Source: an uncultured virus (IMG/VR IMGVR_UViG_3300002158_000015)
Lineage: Duplodnaviria; Heunggongvirae; Uroviricota; Caudoviricetes
Reading direction: 5' to 3' (one strand)
IMG/VR virus record: IMGVR_UViG_3300002158_000015
Length of the DNA: 21,948 bases
Below are positions 1 to 8,841 of this stretch, one piece after another. Each line of letters begins with the position of its first letter. Positions within the stretch are counted from its first letter, which is position 1. Below the pieces are notes generated by a model. That model did not search any database. It saw only the letters and a list, made by a program, of their open reading frames with translations, and was not told where the DNA came from. A program made the translations under genes and the position numbers.

Positions 1-147
1 CTATTGGTTCTGCAAAGCTTTGCTTCTACCGCTCTTTTTCTACCTGTTGACTATCAGATTCCAACTTTGAATGACGCAGCAACTGACGAAGGTATGTGAT
101 TGTATCAATGTGCACTCAAGTACAACGAATCACACTCTGCTTCTCTC

Positions 148-3100
148 ATGTCACTTCTTGCCGCAACCCAGATCCCCAAGCCAGCTGACGAACAAGCTTT
201 CGAGCGCGCTTCAGTTGTGCTGTGGCGCAGCTTGCTCAACGATCGATCGGTGCAGCGGAACGGTCGACGGGGGCAACGACAGAATGGCGTCGATCTCTTC
301 GGAATTCGTGACAATGACACGGATTGGCTGGTTGGCATTCAATGCAAACTCAAAAGTGAAGGACATTTCCTCACAGAGGCAGAAGTTCGCAGTGAGGTCC
401 GGAAGGCTCTGACATTCAAGCCTCTTCTTAGAGAATTCTACATAACGACAACTGCATCGGATGATGTCGCGATGCAGGAACTCGCGCGTGTCATCACGAC
501 GGAGCTAGCGAAATCAAATCACAAACTTCGCGTCTTCGTTTGGGGGTGGAATACGCTGGAAGAAAAAATCAACGAGGATGCCGACGCCCGCAACTCGTTC
601 GATCCAACCTACGACCCGTTCAGTGGGAAACTTCTAGACGAAACGCGGGCGATGCTCGTTGCTCAGCATGAGACACGTGCGGACATGAGCGCTGGCTTCT
701 CTCGTATAGAAGCAATGATCACCGAAGTAAGCGCGCTGAGGGTTGTGCCACCAGGTGACACAACAGTCGCAATGAGCTTGCTTGAGGAGCATCTCGATGC
801 CGAGATCGACGAATATCGCGAACTGAACAACAACGGAAAAACGCTGACCGCATTACCGCTGCTGGAAAGGCTCCTGGATCGTGTCAAGACATCAGCTTCC
901 GGTCGCATCCTCTTCCGCATAAAAGCGAACATCGGCCATTGCCTGGTGGCGCTCGGCAAGGACGATGACGCCGCCGCGATGTTGCTGGCATCCTACAGCC
1001 ACGCGCCTGACGAGCCCAAAGCTGTTGCAAACAAGGCTTTCGGGCACTTGCTGAGGGAGGAATACGAGGAGGTTCTGGCATTCGGAAGCTCAATGCTGGA
1101 AGCCAATCCAACGAATGAATGGCTCGCAGGCTACGTCGTACAGGCCGCCAGGTTCGATACATCGATCAGCGATCCGCTCGGCATCGTTCCTGAACAACTG
1201 CACGCAACTGCTTCAGTTCAGATCGGAAGGATTGATTTCGTCAGACGCAATGGCAAGCCGGGTGATTGGTGGCCGATCGCTCGAAAGGTGTTTGAAGCAC
1301 ATCCCCTGGAGCCTTATGCGATGCAATTTGCAGCGGAGGCTGACCTCGAGGAAATATTAGCAAGTGAAGGCTTTCAAAACCGGCGCCTGCTCTCACCGAC
1401 GGAACGAAGTAGGCTCGAAGCTGCAGCAACAATACTCATTTCACGATGGGATCATGCGAGGGTTGCTGACGGTGCAATACGGCCAGAGGATGCAGCTGTT
1501 TGCTGCAATATCTTGGTTACGCTTCATGCCCTCGGCAACCTGAATGCAGCGATCGACATCGCACATCAAGGGCTCTCGCTAGCGCCTAATGACGTCGAGA
1601 TCATTACCCGCGCAGCCGTAGTCGCCATCGACGCCGATGACGAGCTCTTCGCTCGATCGCTCCTTGCTAAGCTACCGAGAAGTTCGGACGCAGCTGTCCT
1701 AAAGTTCCGATTTCACGCCGCACGTGGAGATTGGGAAGAAGTAGTGCGTATCGCTGAGGATGACGCTTTGTTGATCCCAGCGTCGGAAGCCCCGGCTATC
1801 TTAACGACCGGAAAGCTAGCAAAGATTAAGATCAGTCATGGTGATCAGGAAACGCTCAGGCAACAGATATCCTCTATTGCCTCCGAGGCCTCTGGCGATG
1901 CTCGCGCCAGCATTATCGTCGCTGACTTTGCGCGAAGAGAAGGAATTCAGGGCATTGCTGATGATACCTACAAAGTAGCCCTCACCCATATCAGTGATGA
2001 AAGTCACGTCGCGGACAGGTTGATGGTGGCACATCATGCGGCACGGCGCGGAGATTATTCGATCGTCGTGGACCTGTTGGACAATCATGTAGCGGAAGAC
2101 CATGACAATGACGAATTGCGGACACTTGCACGCGCATTGGTCAATGATTACCCCATCCGGCAGCGTGCCTTGGCTTTCTTCGAACGATTGTCCGTCGAGT
2201 TAAGAGCACTCCCCTTCTTCCTGAATGCTGAAGGTTTGTTGCACTTCAACCGCGGCGCCCTCTCCGAAGCAGAAGCGGCACTCAGAAAGGCCGTCCAGGT
2301 ACGACCGGACCTTGAAAACTACCTTGCGCTCATCTCGGTGCTCTACCGCTCAGATCGAAATGACGAATTGAAAGAGGTCGTTGAAGCAATCGATCTCAAG
2401 ACGGTGGATGGAACACCTGGTCAGAAGATGTTCCTAGCCCAAATCGTGCGAAAGATCGGGGAGGGAGCCAAAGCACTCGAGTACGCCTATGAAGTACTCC
2501 GATCTGCTAGAAATGACCAGAACGCAGCTCTTCGCTATTTCGGTCTCATCATGATGAATCCGGCGGACGGTCTCATCCCGCCTGTTGAAACCGTAGCAGT
2601 TGGAACATGGGTCAGCCTAGAAAGCGATAAGCACGAGACGCATGCGTTCCTCATTGAAGAAGGCAGTGATCGACCTGCCGAGGATATCTTGAGCCCAGCT
2701 CATCCGACTGTTGCGGCGGCCCTTGGTCTGAAGATCAATGACGAATTCGAGATGCCGGCTGGTTTTGGCCGGGTTCGAAAGTGGCGTGTCGTAGAGATCA
2801 AGCACAAATATCTCCACGCTTTGCACGACGTCATGGAGAATTTCGAGAAAAGATTTCCGGATACCAAGGGCTTCTACAAAGTCACGATCGAGGATGACAA
2901 TATCCAGCCAGCGCTGGATCAGGTTCGTCGCGTATCGGAGAGCAATCGAAAGCTCGCCGATCTCTATCTGGAGAACAACTATCCCATCAGCCTAGTTGTC
3001 TCGAGGGGCGACCGCGACGCCATCAGTTTTGTGGACTATATCCGCTTTCTCGACTTCGATATCCGCACGTGCGCAGGCACCGAAGCGGAGCGTGTAGCAG

Positions 3101-4095
3101 CGGAGAAAATACTAAGCGATTACAGACATACTGGCGCGGTCCTTGATACCTACACGGCATGGACAGTTGCCACGATGGATGCTTTCGCAGCACTGAAGTC
3201 GGTGGTTGGATCGGTGATAGTTCCTCAATCCGTTATTGATGAGTTAAGAACGCTAAGAGACGATCAGGAATTTGTTGGCCAAGAGGCGATGACAATCGCT
3301 TGGCATGATGGCGAATACATCAAGCAGGAATTCACTGCAGGCGATGTCGCAGTTCGTCGCAACTATATCATAGAGAAAATCGCCAGGATCGAGGCAGCTT
3401 GCGATATTCGGCCGGTCATTATTGAAAACAAGCCATCTGAGTTGGCGATCTTGACCCACCAATCCTTGGGTGCCCATGTGCTCGACGCGGCTAATCTCGC
3501 AGGAACGAAGCACATTCTCCTCTCCGAGGACATGAACTTCCGCCAGTTTGGTGAAGCAGCCTGTTCAACCAGAGGTGTATGGCTTCAGGCCGTGTTTGCA
3601 TTCGCACGCGCACTCGGAACCATCGACCAGCGTGACTATGTTGATCTTGTTGTAAAACTCGCGTGGCATCGTCACGGCCACCTCTCGTTGGACGCCGCCA
3701 CGTTGCTTGTCGCCTATGAGGACAGTCGAGAGAGAAATCTGGAAAACTTCAAGGCGCTCGCTCATTTTATGGGTACCAAAAATGCAGACATGCGATCGCA
3801 TATCAATGTAGCAGTGGAGTTCCTCAATCAGCTTTGGCTCGTAAGCGACCAGTTCGATGTCGCCTGCCAGCAGGCCACAGGCGTCCTGCTAGAACAGATG
3901 ATACGATATCACTCCACCCATTGGGCGCTTGTTCTTACTTTGATCAAAAGGGAGTGTGCTGCCCCCATCCAGCAGTATATCGGCCGCTGGCTTGTCGGCC
4001 ATTTCCTTCCTACTGAGGATGTCAGCCGCGCAGAAATTCAAATTGAGGAGCGGATGAAGCAACTAAGCGTCAGCCAAGCAAATCGTGGCATTTAG
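148..4095 (+). CDS. Large multidomain candidate defence protein: N-terminal PD-(D/E)xK (Mrr-like) endonuclease, TPR solenoid, GreA/GreB C-terminal-like domain, PIN-like nuclease (~1315 aa)
   Basis: The ORF is open from TTG100, and ATG148 (MSLLAATQIPKP) is the more likely start. Nuclease motifs: FE..GRRGQRQNGVDL (D at 292-294) and GIQCK (QCK 340-348). TPR-like helices: IKANIGHCLVALGKDDDAAAMLLASY and EGLLHFNRGALSEAEAALRKAVQVRPD. GreA/B-C-like segment VAVGTWVSL..ILSPAHPTVAAALGLKINDEFEM..VVEIK (~2593-2802). PIN-like acidic motifs AVLDT (D 3145), VPQSVIDEL, VLDA, LLSEDMNFR. GC is clearly lower than in the phage genes. Confidence 0.85.
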   Translation: MSLLAATQIPKPADEQAFERASVVLWRSLLNDRSVQRNGRRGQRQNGVDLFGIRDNDTDWLVGIQCKLKSEGHFLTEAEVRSEVRKALTFKPLLREFYITTTASDDVAMQELARVITTELAKSNHKLRVFVWGWNTLEEKINEDADARNSFDPTYDPFSGKLLDETRAMLVAQHETRADMSAGFSRIEAMITEVSALRVVPPGDTTVAMSLLEEHLDAEIDEYRELNNNGKTLTALPLLERLLDRVKTSASGRILFRIKANIGHCLVALGKDDDAAAMLLASYSHAPDEPKAVANKAFGHLLREEYEEVLAFGSSMLEANPTNEWLAGYVVQAARFDTSISDPLGIVPEQLHATASVQIGRIDFVRRNGKPGDWWPIARKVFEAHPLEPYAMQFAAEADLEEILASEGFQNRRLLSPTERSRLEAAATILISRWDHARVADGAIRPEDAAVCCNILVTLHALGNLNAAIDIAHQGLSLAPNDVEIITRAAVVAIDADDELFARSLLAKLPRSSDAAVLKFRFHAARGDWEEVVRIAEDDALLIPASEAPAILTTGKLAKIKISHGDQETLRQQISSIASEASGDARASIIVADFARREGIQGIADDTYKVALTHISDESHVADRLMVAHHAARRGDYSIVVDLLDNHVAEDHDNDELRTLARALVNDYPIRQRALAFFERLSVELRALPFFLNAEGLLHFNRGALSEAEAALRKAVQVRPDLENYLALISVLYRSDRNDELKEVVEAIDLKTVDGTPGQKMFLAQIVRKIGEGAKALEYAYEVLRSARNDQNAALRYFGLIMMNPADGLIPPVETVAVGTWVSLESDKHETHAFLIEEGSDRPAEDILSPAHPTVAAALGLKINDEFEMPAGFGRVRKWRVVEIKHKYLHALHDVMENFEKRFPDTKGFYKVTIEDDNIQPALDQVRRVSESNRKLADLYLENNYPISLVVSRGDRDAISFVDYIRFLDFDIRTCAGTEAERVAAEKILSDYRHTGAVLDTYTAWTVATMDAFAALKSVVGSVIVPQSVIDELRTLRDDQEFVGQEAMTIAWHDGEYIKQEFTAGDVAVRRNYIIEKIARIEAACDIRPVIIENKPSELAILTHQSLGAHVLDAANLAGTKHILLSEDMNFRQFGEAACSTRGVWLQAVFAFARALGTIDQRDYVDLVVKLAWHRHGHLSLDAATLLVAYEDSRERNLENFKALAHFMGTKNADMRSHINVAVEFLNQLWLVSDQFDVACQQATGVLLEQMIRYHSTHWALVLTLIKRECAAPIQQYIGRWLVGHFLPTEDVSRAEIQIEERMKQLSVSQANRGI

Positions 4096-4160
4096 TGAAA
4101 GACATAAGACGACGAAGGGAAAGGCACCGGCTGCGTCTTGCGCCGTTGAAAGACAGACAC

Positions 4161-4365
4161 GCTCAAGCAATTCAAAACGCTTTCAGCCGTGATCCCGCGC
4201 TAAGCTTGGCAACCGGAGTCCGACCGCCTCGACATTCATGTCGACACCCGGATCGATGCCAGCCGACGACTCGATCAGACGGCCGCTCTGCCATTTGACG
4301 ACAGTGCTTTGGGGCGTCGCGACTTCCACTAGCTTCCAGCCGTACCGGCGAGATAGCACTCAAAT
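4161..4365 (-). pseudogene. Diverged remnant copy of the 3' end of the Mu gpF-like gene plus its downstream flank
   Basis: The - strand at 4347->4204 reads RYGWKLVEVATPQSTVVKWQSGRLIESSAGIDPGVDMNVEAVGLRLPS, versus intact gpF RYGWSVDEDAPPERTIIKWQHGRPVEMPAGIDPGFGVNVGVVGLRLPS (29/48 identical, no gaps, offset 1029 bp). AACGCTTTCAGCCG is shared at 4176-4189 and 5205-5218. Confidence 0.88.
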
Positions 4366-4559
4366 CCATGCTTGAAGCGAAGAAGAAGCGAAGAGCATCC
4401 TCCAATATCGAGACCATCAGTCGGCGTGCCGCATTTCGCTATCGACATGGCATCCAGTCGTCACGGAAGTGGATATCGCCAAAAAGGATGTGCCCCAACC
4501 AGCGCGCCGTTAGGCACGCTGGGGGCAGTCTCGACATTGGAAAGACGTTTGCCATTGCC

Positions 4560-4856
4560 TTACTTAGCTTTCGGCTTCTTCTTCGAGACGGCCGTGATTT
4601 TCCAGTCGCCCTTGTTCAATTTCGTGATGTCGTATTTTTTCTTGGCGTCCATTTTCGCCTTGTACGAAGCCATGGCGTAAGAGCAGCTCACCGAGCCATC
4701 CGGGTTCGAAGACATCCCGCCACCCACATGTCCGCACCAGGCATCGCAGACTGCTTCCGACCCCTGTGAACAGGTAAGTTTCCCCGCCATTGCATATGAA
4801 GCACTTGCTGCAAGAATAGCCACTGCAGCAGATGCACGAATTACGTATGTAAACAT
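4560..4856 (-). CDS. Small secreted protein (98 aa) with signal peptide, 4 Cys and Lys-rich C-terminus; function unknown
   Basis: ATG4856 is preceded by GGAG (4865-4868). MFTYVIRASAAVAILAASASYAMA is a Sec-type signal peptide ending A-M-A. The mature part has C-x7-C-x3-C-x16-C, then a basic tail ending SKKKPKAK. Confidence 0.75.
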   Translation of the reverse strand: MFTYVIRASAAVAILAASASYAMAGKLTCSQGSEAVCDAWCGHVGGGMSSNPDGSVSCSYAMASYKAKMDAKKKYDITKLNKGDWKITAVSKKKPKAK

Positions 4857-5143
4857 CGCGATTGCTCCAAAATCTGATCTAAGCTTGCGTCGGCTGCCCA
4901 AGATCGGAGCGCGATCAGCATAGCCTTTGTCGAATGCGATAATTGATCCCCACCGCCTCGAAATCTCGACTTAAATCCGGTGCCGATTGGATCGGTAGCT
5001 GCACGACGCGGGCAATATTCAACGCGGCCGATAGTTTGCAACCAGGCCCGAGGCGGCTGTAATTTCCACCTCTATTCCAATGATTGAGCCTATAGGTCAT
5101 TTATTTGCGCTTTTATTATACCTCTATGATTTTGTTCACACAT

Positions 5144-5171
5144 CGAAGCCTCGTGTTATGCCGAGGTTTCG
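5144..5171. repeat. Imperfect 10-bp inverted repeat (hairpin) at the GC boundary downstream of gpF
   Basis: CGAAGCCTCG (5144-5153) / CGAGGTTTCG (5162-5171), with one G-T pair and no convincing U-tract on the - strand. Confidence 0.4.
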
Positions 5172-5229
5172 TTTCCCGATTTCCCGCATGCTAAAGCGGT
5201 TTTGAACGCTTTCAGCCGCGTTTCGGCCT

Positions 5230-5904
5230 TCAACTGGGCAACCGGAGCCCGACGACCCCAACATTCACACCAAAGCCCGGATCGATGCCGGCCGGCATCT
5301 CGACCGGACGGCCGTGTTGCCACTTGATGATGGTGCGTTCGGGCGGCGCGTCCTCATCAACCGACCAGCCGTAGCGAGCGATATCCCGCGCCGACAGGGA
5401 CTGCACGTAGCAGCGACAGTTCCAGCCGTTCGGCGGATAATGCGTTTGCCACCAGTCGTGGTCGACAGGAAGGATGACCCCATGCCAGGCGGCGTGTTCC
5501 TCGCGGCTGCCTGGTTGCGTGAGCGCCGGGTCGACATGGACGTAGCGAAGATAGGGCCTGATATGTTTCAGCCGCTGGATCTGCTGCCAGCGCCCCGCGG
5601 CATAGGCCTGCGCGGTGGCGATACGAAAGGCGAGCGCGGCGCGCCGGCCGTCGCTCTCCCAGCCGTGCCGCTCGACGATCCCGTCCCATTCGGCCAGGAA
5701 CCCCGGCAGGCCCGTGCCCTCCTCCAGCGCGTCGAGCACGGCCTGCGTGATGTCATGCACCAGCGCATCGCTCATGCCGGCGGCGCGGTCGGTTGCCCCG
5801 GCGTCGACGGCGCGCAACAGTTCGAGCCAGCGTTCGGGCGGCAGCGCCAGCCGGCGTCGCAGGAAATCGATAGCCTCGTCGAAACGCACGCCGCTAGTCG
5901 CCAC
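5230..5904 (-). CDS. Mu gpF/gp30-like minor head morphogenesis protein (short form, 224 aa)
   Basis: Motifs AYAAGRWQQ, RPYLRY, SREEHAAWHGVILPVDHDWWQTHYPPNGWNCRC, GIDPGF. Directly follows the portal gene. Confidence 0.92.
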   Translation of the reverse strand: MATSGVRFDEAIDFLRRRLALPPERWLELLRAVDAGATDRAAGMSDALVHDITQAVLDALEEGTGLPGFLAEWDGIVERHGWESDGRRAALAFRIATAQAYAAGRWQQIQRLKHIRPYLRYVHVDPALTQPGSREEHAAWHGVILPVDHDWWQTHYPPNGWNCRCYVQSLSARDIARYGWSVDEDAPPERTIIKWQHGRPVEMPAGIDPGFGVNVGVVGLRLPS

Positions 5905-7462
5905 GGTCGACCTCCGCCGCCTCGCCGGCCAGCCAGGCCAGAAGCATCGCCTGCCGCAGCGCGGTCACCAGCTCGGCCGGCGTGCGCTCGACCGCGGCAA
6001 CGCGAAACAGAACCGCCTCGGCCGCCTCCAGGCTGCCGGCGCGGCCAACCAACCCGCGCACGCGGTCGACTAACGCGGCTACAGCCGGCGCACCGAGATT
6101 CGCGCCCTGCTGCCCGATCAGCTCGTCCGGCAAGGCGGCGGCTGGCGTGTGCTGATGCTGCAGCGCAGGCTTCTCTCGGGGCTTTTCCGACCGCTCGGCC
6201 CTGCCCGGCTCTTTCGGCACCGCCGGCGCCAGCACCTCGTCCTGCGGGCCGGGTTCGGCCAGGCCGAACTTGTCGCGGATCTCCGAGGCCTGCACCCTGA
6301 GCCCGATCGGCACCAGCTGTGACAGCGCCGTCGACAATTGCGCCAGGTCCTCCTTTTCCGGCCGGGCGATGGTTAGCCGCGGATAGGCTTTCTGCGGCCC
6401 GTATTCGAGGTCGATCCACAGCCTGACCAGATCGCGGTTGAGGATCGCGGCCAGCGCGCGGGCGTCGGCGCGCTCGATGTCCTCCTGCACCTTGCGGTGT
6501 TCCTCCGACACGGCATGGCCGCCGGAGATGGCGTCTGTCGTCGTGGTCTGGCCGAGCACCGCCTTGGAGACCTGCCGGTCCAGCCAGTCGACGCGCTTTT
6601 CATAAAGGTCGATCGAGGCGCCGATCGATTTCGCCTCGACGAACTCGATCGCCATGCCGTCCGGCATGATCGCGGCGCAATCGCCAGCGATATTGGCCAC
6701 CGCCCGATAGAGCTTGCGCTTGTCGTCGTCGGTGGCGTCGGCGCCATATTTGCCGATGCGGATCGGCTGCCCATAGGTCTGGGTGAAGATCGCCCAGTCG
6801 CGGTTGGCGAAGGCCTTGAACATCCAGGCCCAGGCGGCGACGCGCGCCAGGCCGGAACGCATCGGCAGGCCGGACTTCGCCTTCATCACCGCGAAGATGA
6901 ATTCGCCGGGCGGCAGCGGCAGTTCGCGGCCGTCCTCGTCCAGCATCAGCGGCGTGGCGAGATCCTGCCTGGCGAAACGGAACCAGCGCTGGTCCCAGCG
7001 GTCGAGCCGCTTCGGCTGCCATTGCCCTTCCGATGTGTCCCATTGGATGCGGGTGAAGGAATAACCCTTGCCGACGCTGTCCAGCACGTCGAAGGTCTCG
7101 TCCTGCAATTCGTCGCGCTGCAGCCAGGCGCGGATCCGGTCCGCCTTCTCGACATCGGCGGCGGCATCGCTTGCGGCATCCACCGTCACCTCGAGCTGCG
7201 CCACCGACCGTTTGCGGGTGCCGATGACGCCGAGATAATGCAGGTCGCGTTCCTCGATCTGTTCGGCGAGCTCGAGATAGCGCACCGGGTCGCCCTGGTC
7301 GGCTTCGCGTAGGATGGCGGCGAGCCTGATCGGGTTCAGCCCGTCTGCCGGATAGCCTGACATTGGCGAGCGCACACCGGTCAGCGTCGGCCCCTCGCGT
7401 TCCTGCACCAGCGCTTTCCGGTCTATCGGCCTGCCATAGGCGTCGAGGATCTGCACCATCAC
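5894..7462 (-). CDS. Portal protein (Mu gp29 / DUF935 family)
   Basis: ILDAYGRPI N-terminus, LAEQIEERDLHY, DWAIFTQTYGQPIRIGKY, QVSKAVLGQTTTTD. Lies between terminase and gpF. Start is GTG7462 or ATG7459. Confidence 0.93.
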   Translation of the reverse strand: MMVQILDAYGRPIDRKALVQEREGPTLTGVRSPMSGYPADGLNPIRLAAILREADQGDPVRYLELAEQIEERDLHYLGVIGTRKRSVAQLEVTVDAASDAAADVEKADRIRAWLQRDELQDETFDVLDSVGKGYSFTRIQWDTSEGQWQPKRLDRWDQRWFRFARQDLATPLMLDEDGRELPLPPGEFIFAVMKAKSGLPMRSGLARVAAWAWMFKAFANRDWAIFTQTYGQPIRIGKYGADATDDDKRKLYRAVANIAGDCAAIMPDGMAIEFVEAKSIGASIDLYEKRVDWLDRQVSKAVLGQTTTTDAISGGHAVSEEHRKVQEDIERADARALAAILNRDLVRLWIDLEYGPQKAYPRLTIARPEKEDLAQLSTALSQLVPIGLRVQASEIRDKFGLAEPGPQDEVLAPAVPKEPGRAERSEKPREKPALQHQHTPAAALPDELIGQQGANLGAPAVAALVDRVRGLVGRAGSLEAAEAVLFRVAAVERTPAELVTALRQAMLLAWLAGEAAEVDRGD

Positions 7463-8841
7463 CAGGTCCCTCCCCGGATCGAGGCGCCGAGCGGCCCGCG
7501 AAAGGCATCGTCGTCGCCGAAATCATCGTCGTCCGCACGCTCGAAGCCGCGCCTGTTCAATGCCGCTTCACGGCGGCTTGAAACCGGCTCGTAGCCATAT
7601 TGGTAACGCGGGCCGGCGGCGGCATTGACCGCCAGGAAACAGGCCCAGGCGCGGTCGGCATGGTCGTCGTCGCGTTCGGCGACGAAGCGCGGCGCGCCGG
7701 TCGGACCGGCCACCTTGCGCAATTTGTGCAGGTCGGACCGCAAGGCCGGCCGCCCTTCGGGAATACGGATGGTGCGGTCCTCGAAACGTTCCTTGCCCGC
7801 CGTCGCCATCACCAGCTTGTTCGGCCCGGTAAACAGGACACCCTCGATGCGGTGTTCGCCATAACGGCGCTGCGCATCCTCGACAGGCTTTTCACCCATG
7901 CCAGTCTGGTCCATGCAGGCCCGGCCGACGCGGTAGCGCCGCATCACCTCGTCCAGCGCCTGGTCCTGCGCGGCGAAGGTGGCGCGCTTCATCTCGACGA
8001 TCTCGCGCGTCCACAAAACGTCGCCGACCTGTTCCAGCACCCAGATGACGAAGAGGTCGTTGCGGCGGCCGATGTCGACGCCGACGAAGCAAACGCCGCC
8101 CTGATAGGCTTCCGGCTCGCCGGCCCGCGCATCCTCGACCGAACTGATCAGTTCGTAGGACAACCAGCTCGACGCCTCGTCGAGATATTTCAGCTCGTAT
8201 TCCTGCGCCCAGGCATCCTCGTCGGCGAGGCCGGCGCGCAGTTCCTCGATGTCGCGCGGCAGTCCGTCGGCCACCGCCTGGTAGATATCGACGGCATGGC
8301 GCGACCAGGCGCTGTCGGTACCGGTGTCGAGCTCGTAGAACTTGCCCGACTTGCCGTTGGGCGTGGACGTGACACGCAGCTTCCAGCCGGCCGAGATCAC
8401 CGGAAACAGCGCCTTCCAGATGGCGGCGCTGTCCTTGTGGAAGGCGAATTCGTCGAGGAAGACATTGGCCGAAAAACCGCGCGCCGTATCGGGATTGGCG
8501 GGCAGCGCCAGGATACGCGAGCCGTGCGGCAACGCCACTTCGAGCGCGGTGTATCGGACCGCGCCGATATCGTAGTCCTGCTCATACTCCTGGAAAGTCA
8601 TGCCATAGGCCCTGGCATGCAGCTTGACGCCCTCGTCCATCGCCTCGCGCGCCTGGCGTTCGCCGCGCGACAGGATCACCCAGCGCGTGCGCGCCTGCCT
8701 GACTACATGTTCGAAACTGTCGTCGACGGTCTCCAGCGTCGTCGTGAAGGTCTTGCCGGTCTGTCGCGCGAACTTGCCCAGCTTGAAGCGGGAGCGGTCG
8801 TCGAACCAGCGGCGCTGGTAGCCATAGAGGATCGGCCGCAT
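7459..8841 (-). CDS. terL: Terminase large subunit (Mu gp28-like, 460 aa)
   Basis: LYGYQRRW, Walker A ARQTGKT, Walker B VFLDEFAFH, TSTPNG, nuclease GVDIGRRND and HADRAWA. ATG8841 overlaps the upstream stop (TGATG). Confidence 0.93.
   Translation of the reverse strand: MRPILYGYQRRWFDDRSRFKLGKFARQTGKTFTTTLETVDDSFEHVVRQARTRWVILSRGERQAREAMDEGVKLHARAYGMTFQEYEQDYDIGAVRYTALEVALPHGSRILALPANPDTARGFSANVFLDEFAFHKDSAAIWKALFPVISAGWKLRVTSTPNGKSGKFYELDTGTDSAWSRHAVDIYQAVADGLPRDIEELRAGLADEDAWAQEYELKYLDEASSWLSYELISSVEDARAGEPEAYQGGVCFVGVDIGRRNDLFVIWVLEQVGDVLWTREIVEMKRATFAAQDQALDEVMRRYRVGRACMDQTGMGEKPVEDAQRRYGEHRIEGVLFTGPNKLVMATAGKERFEDRTIRIPEGRPALRSDLHKLRKVAGPTGAPRFVAERDDDHADRAWACFLAVNAAAGPRYQYGYEPVSSRREAALNRRGFERADDDDFGDDDAFRGPLGASIRGGTW

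Noticed and set aside
47..75. TTGACT as -35 of the defence-gene promoter
   Set aside because: No convincing -10 at 16-18 nt spacing.
4095..4769. ORFs 4095-4298, 4172-4417, 4368-4769 and 4372-4680
   Set aside because: They overlap the gpF remnant or are antisense to the secreted-protein gene, with no RBS or motif support.
5133..5160. TGTT starts as a defined Mu right end
   Set aside because: Not called as a feature because the other end and target duplication are outside the window and no repeated transposase-binding sites could be established.
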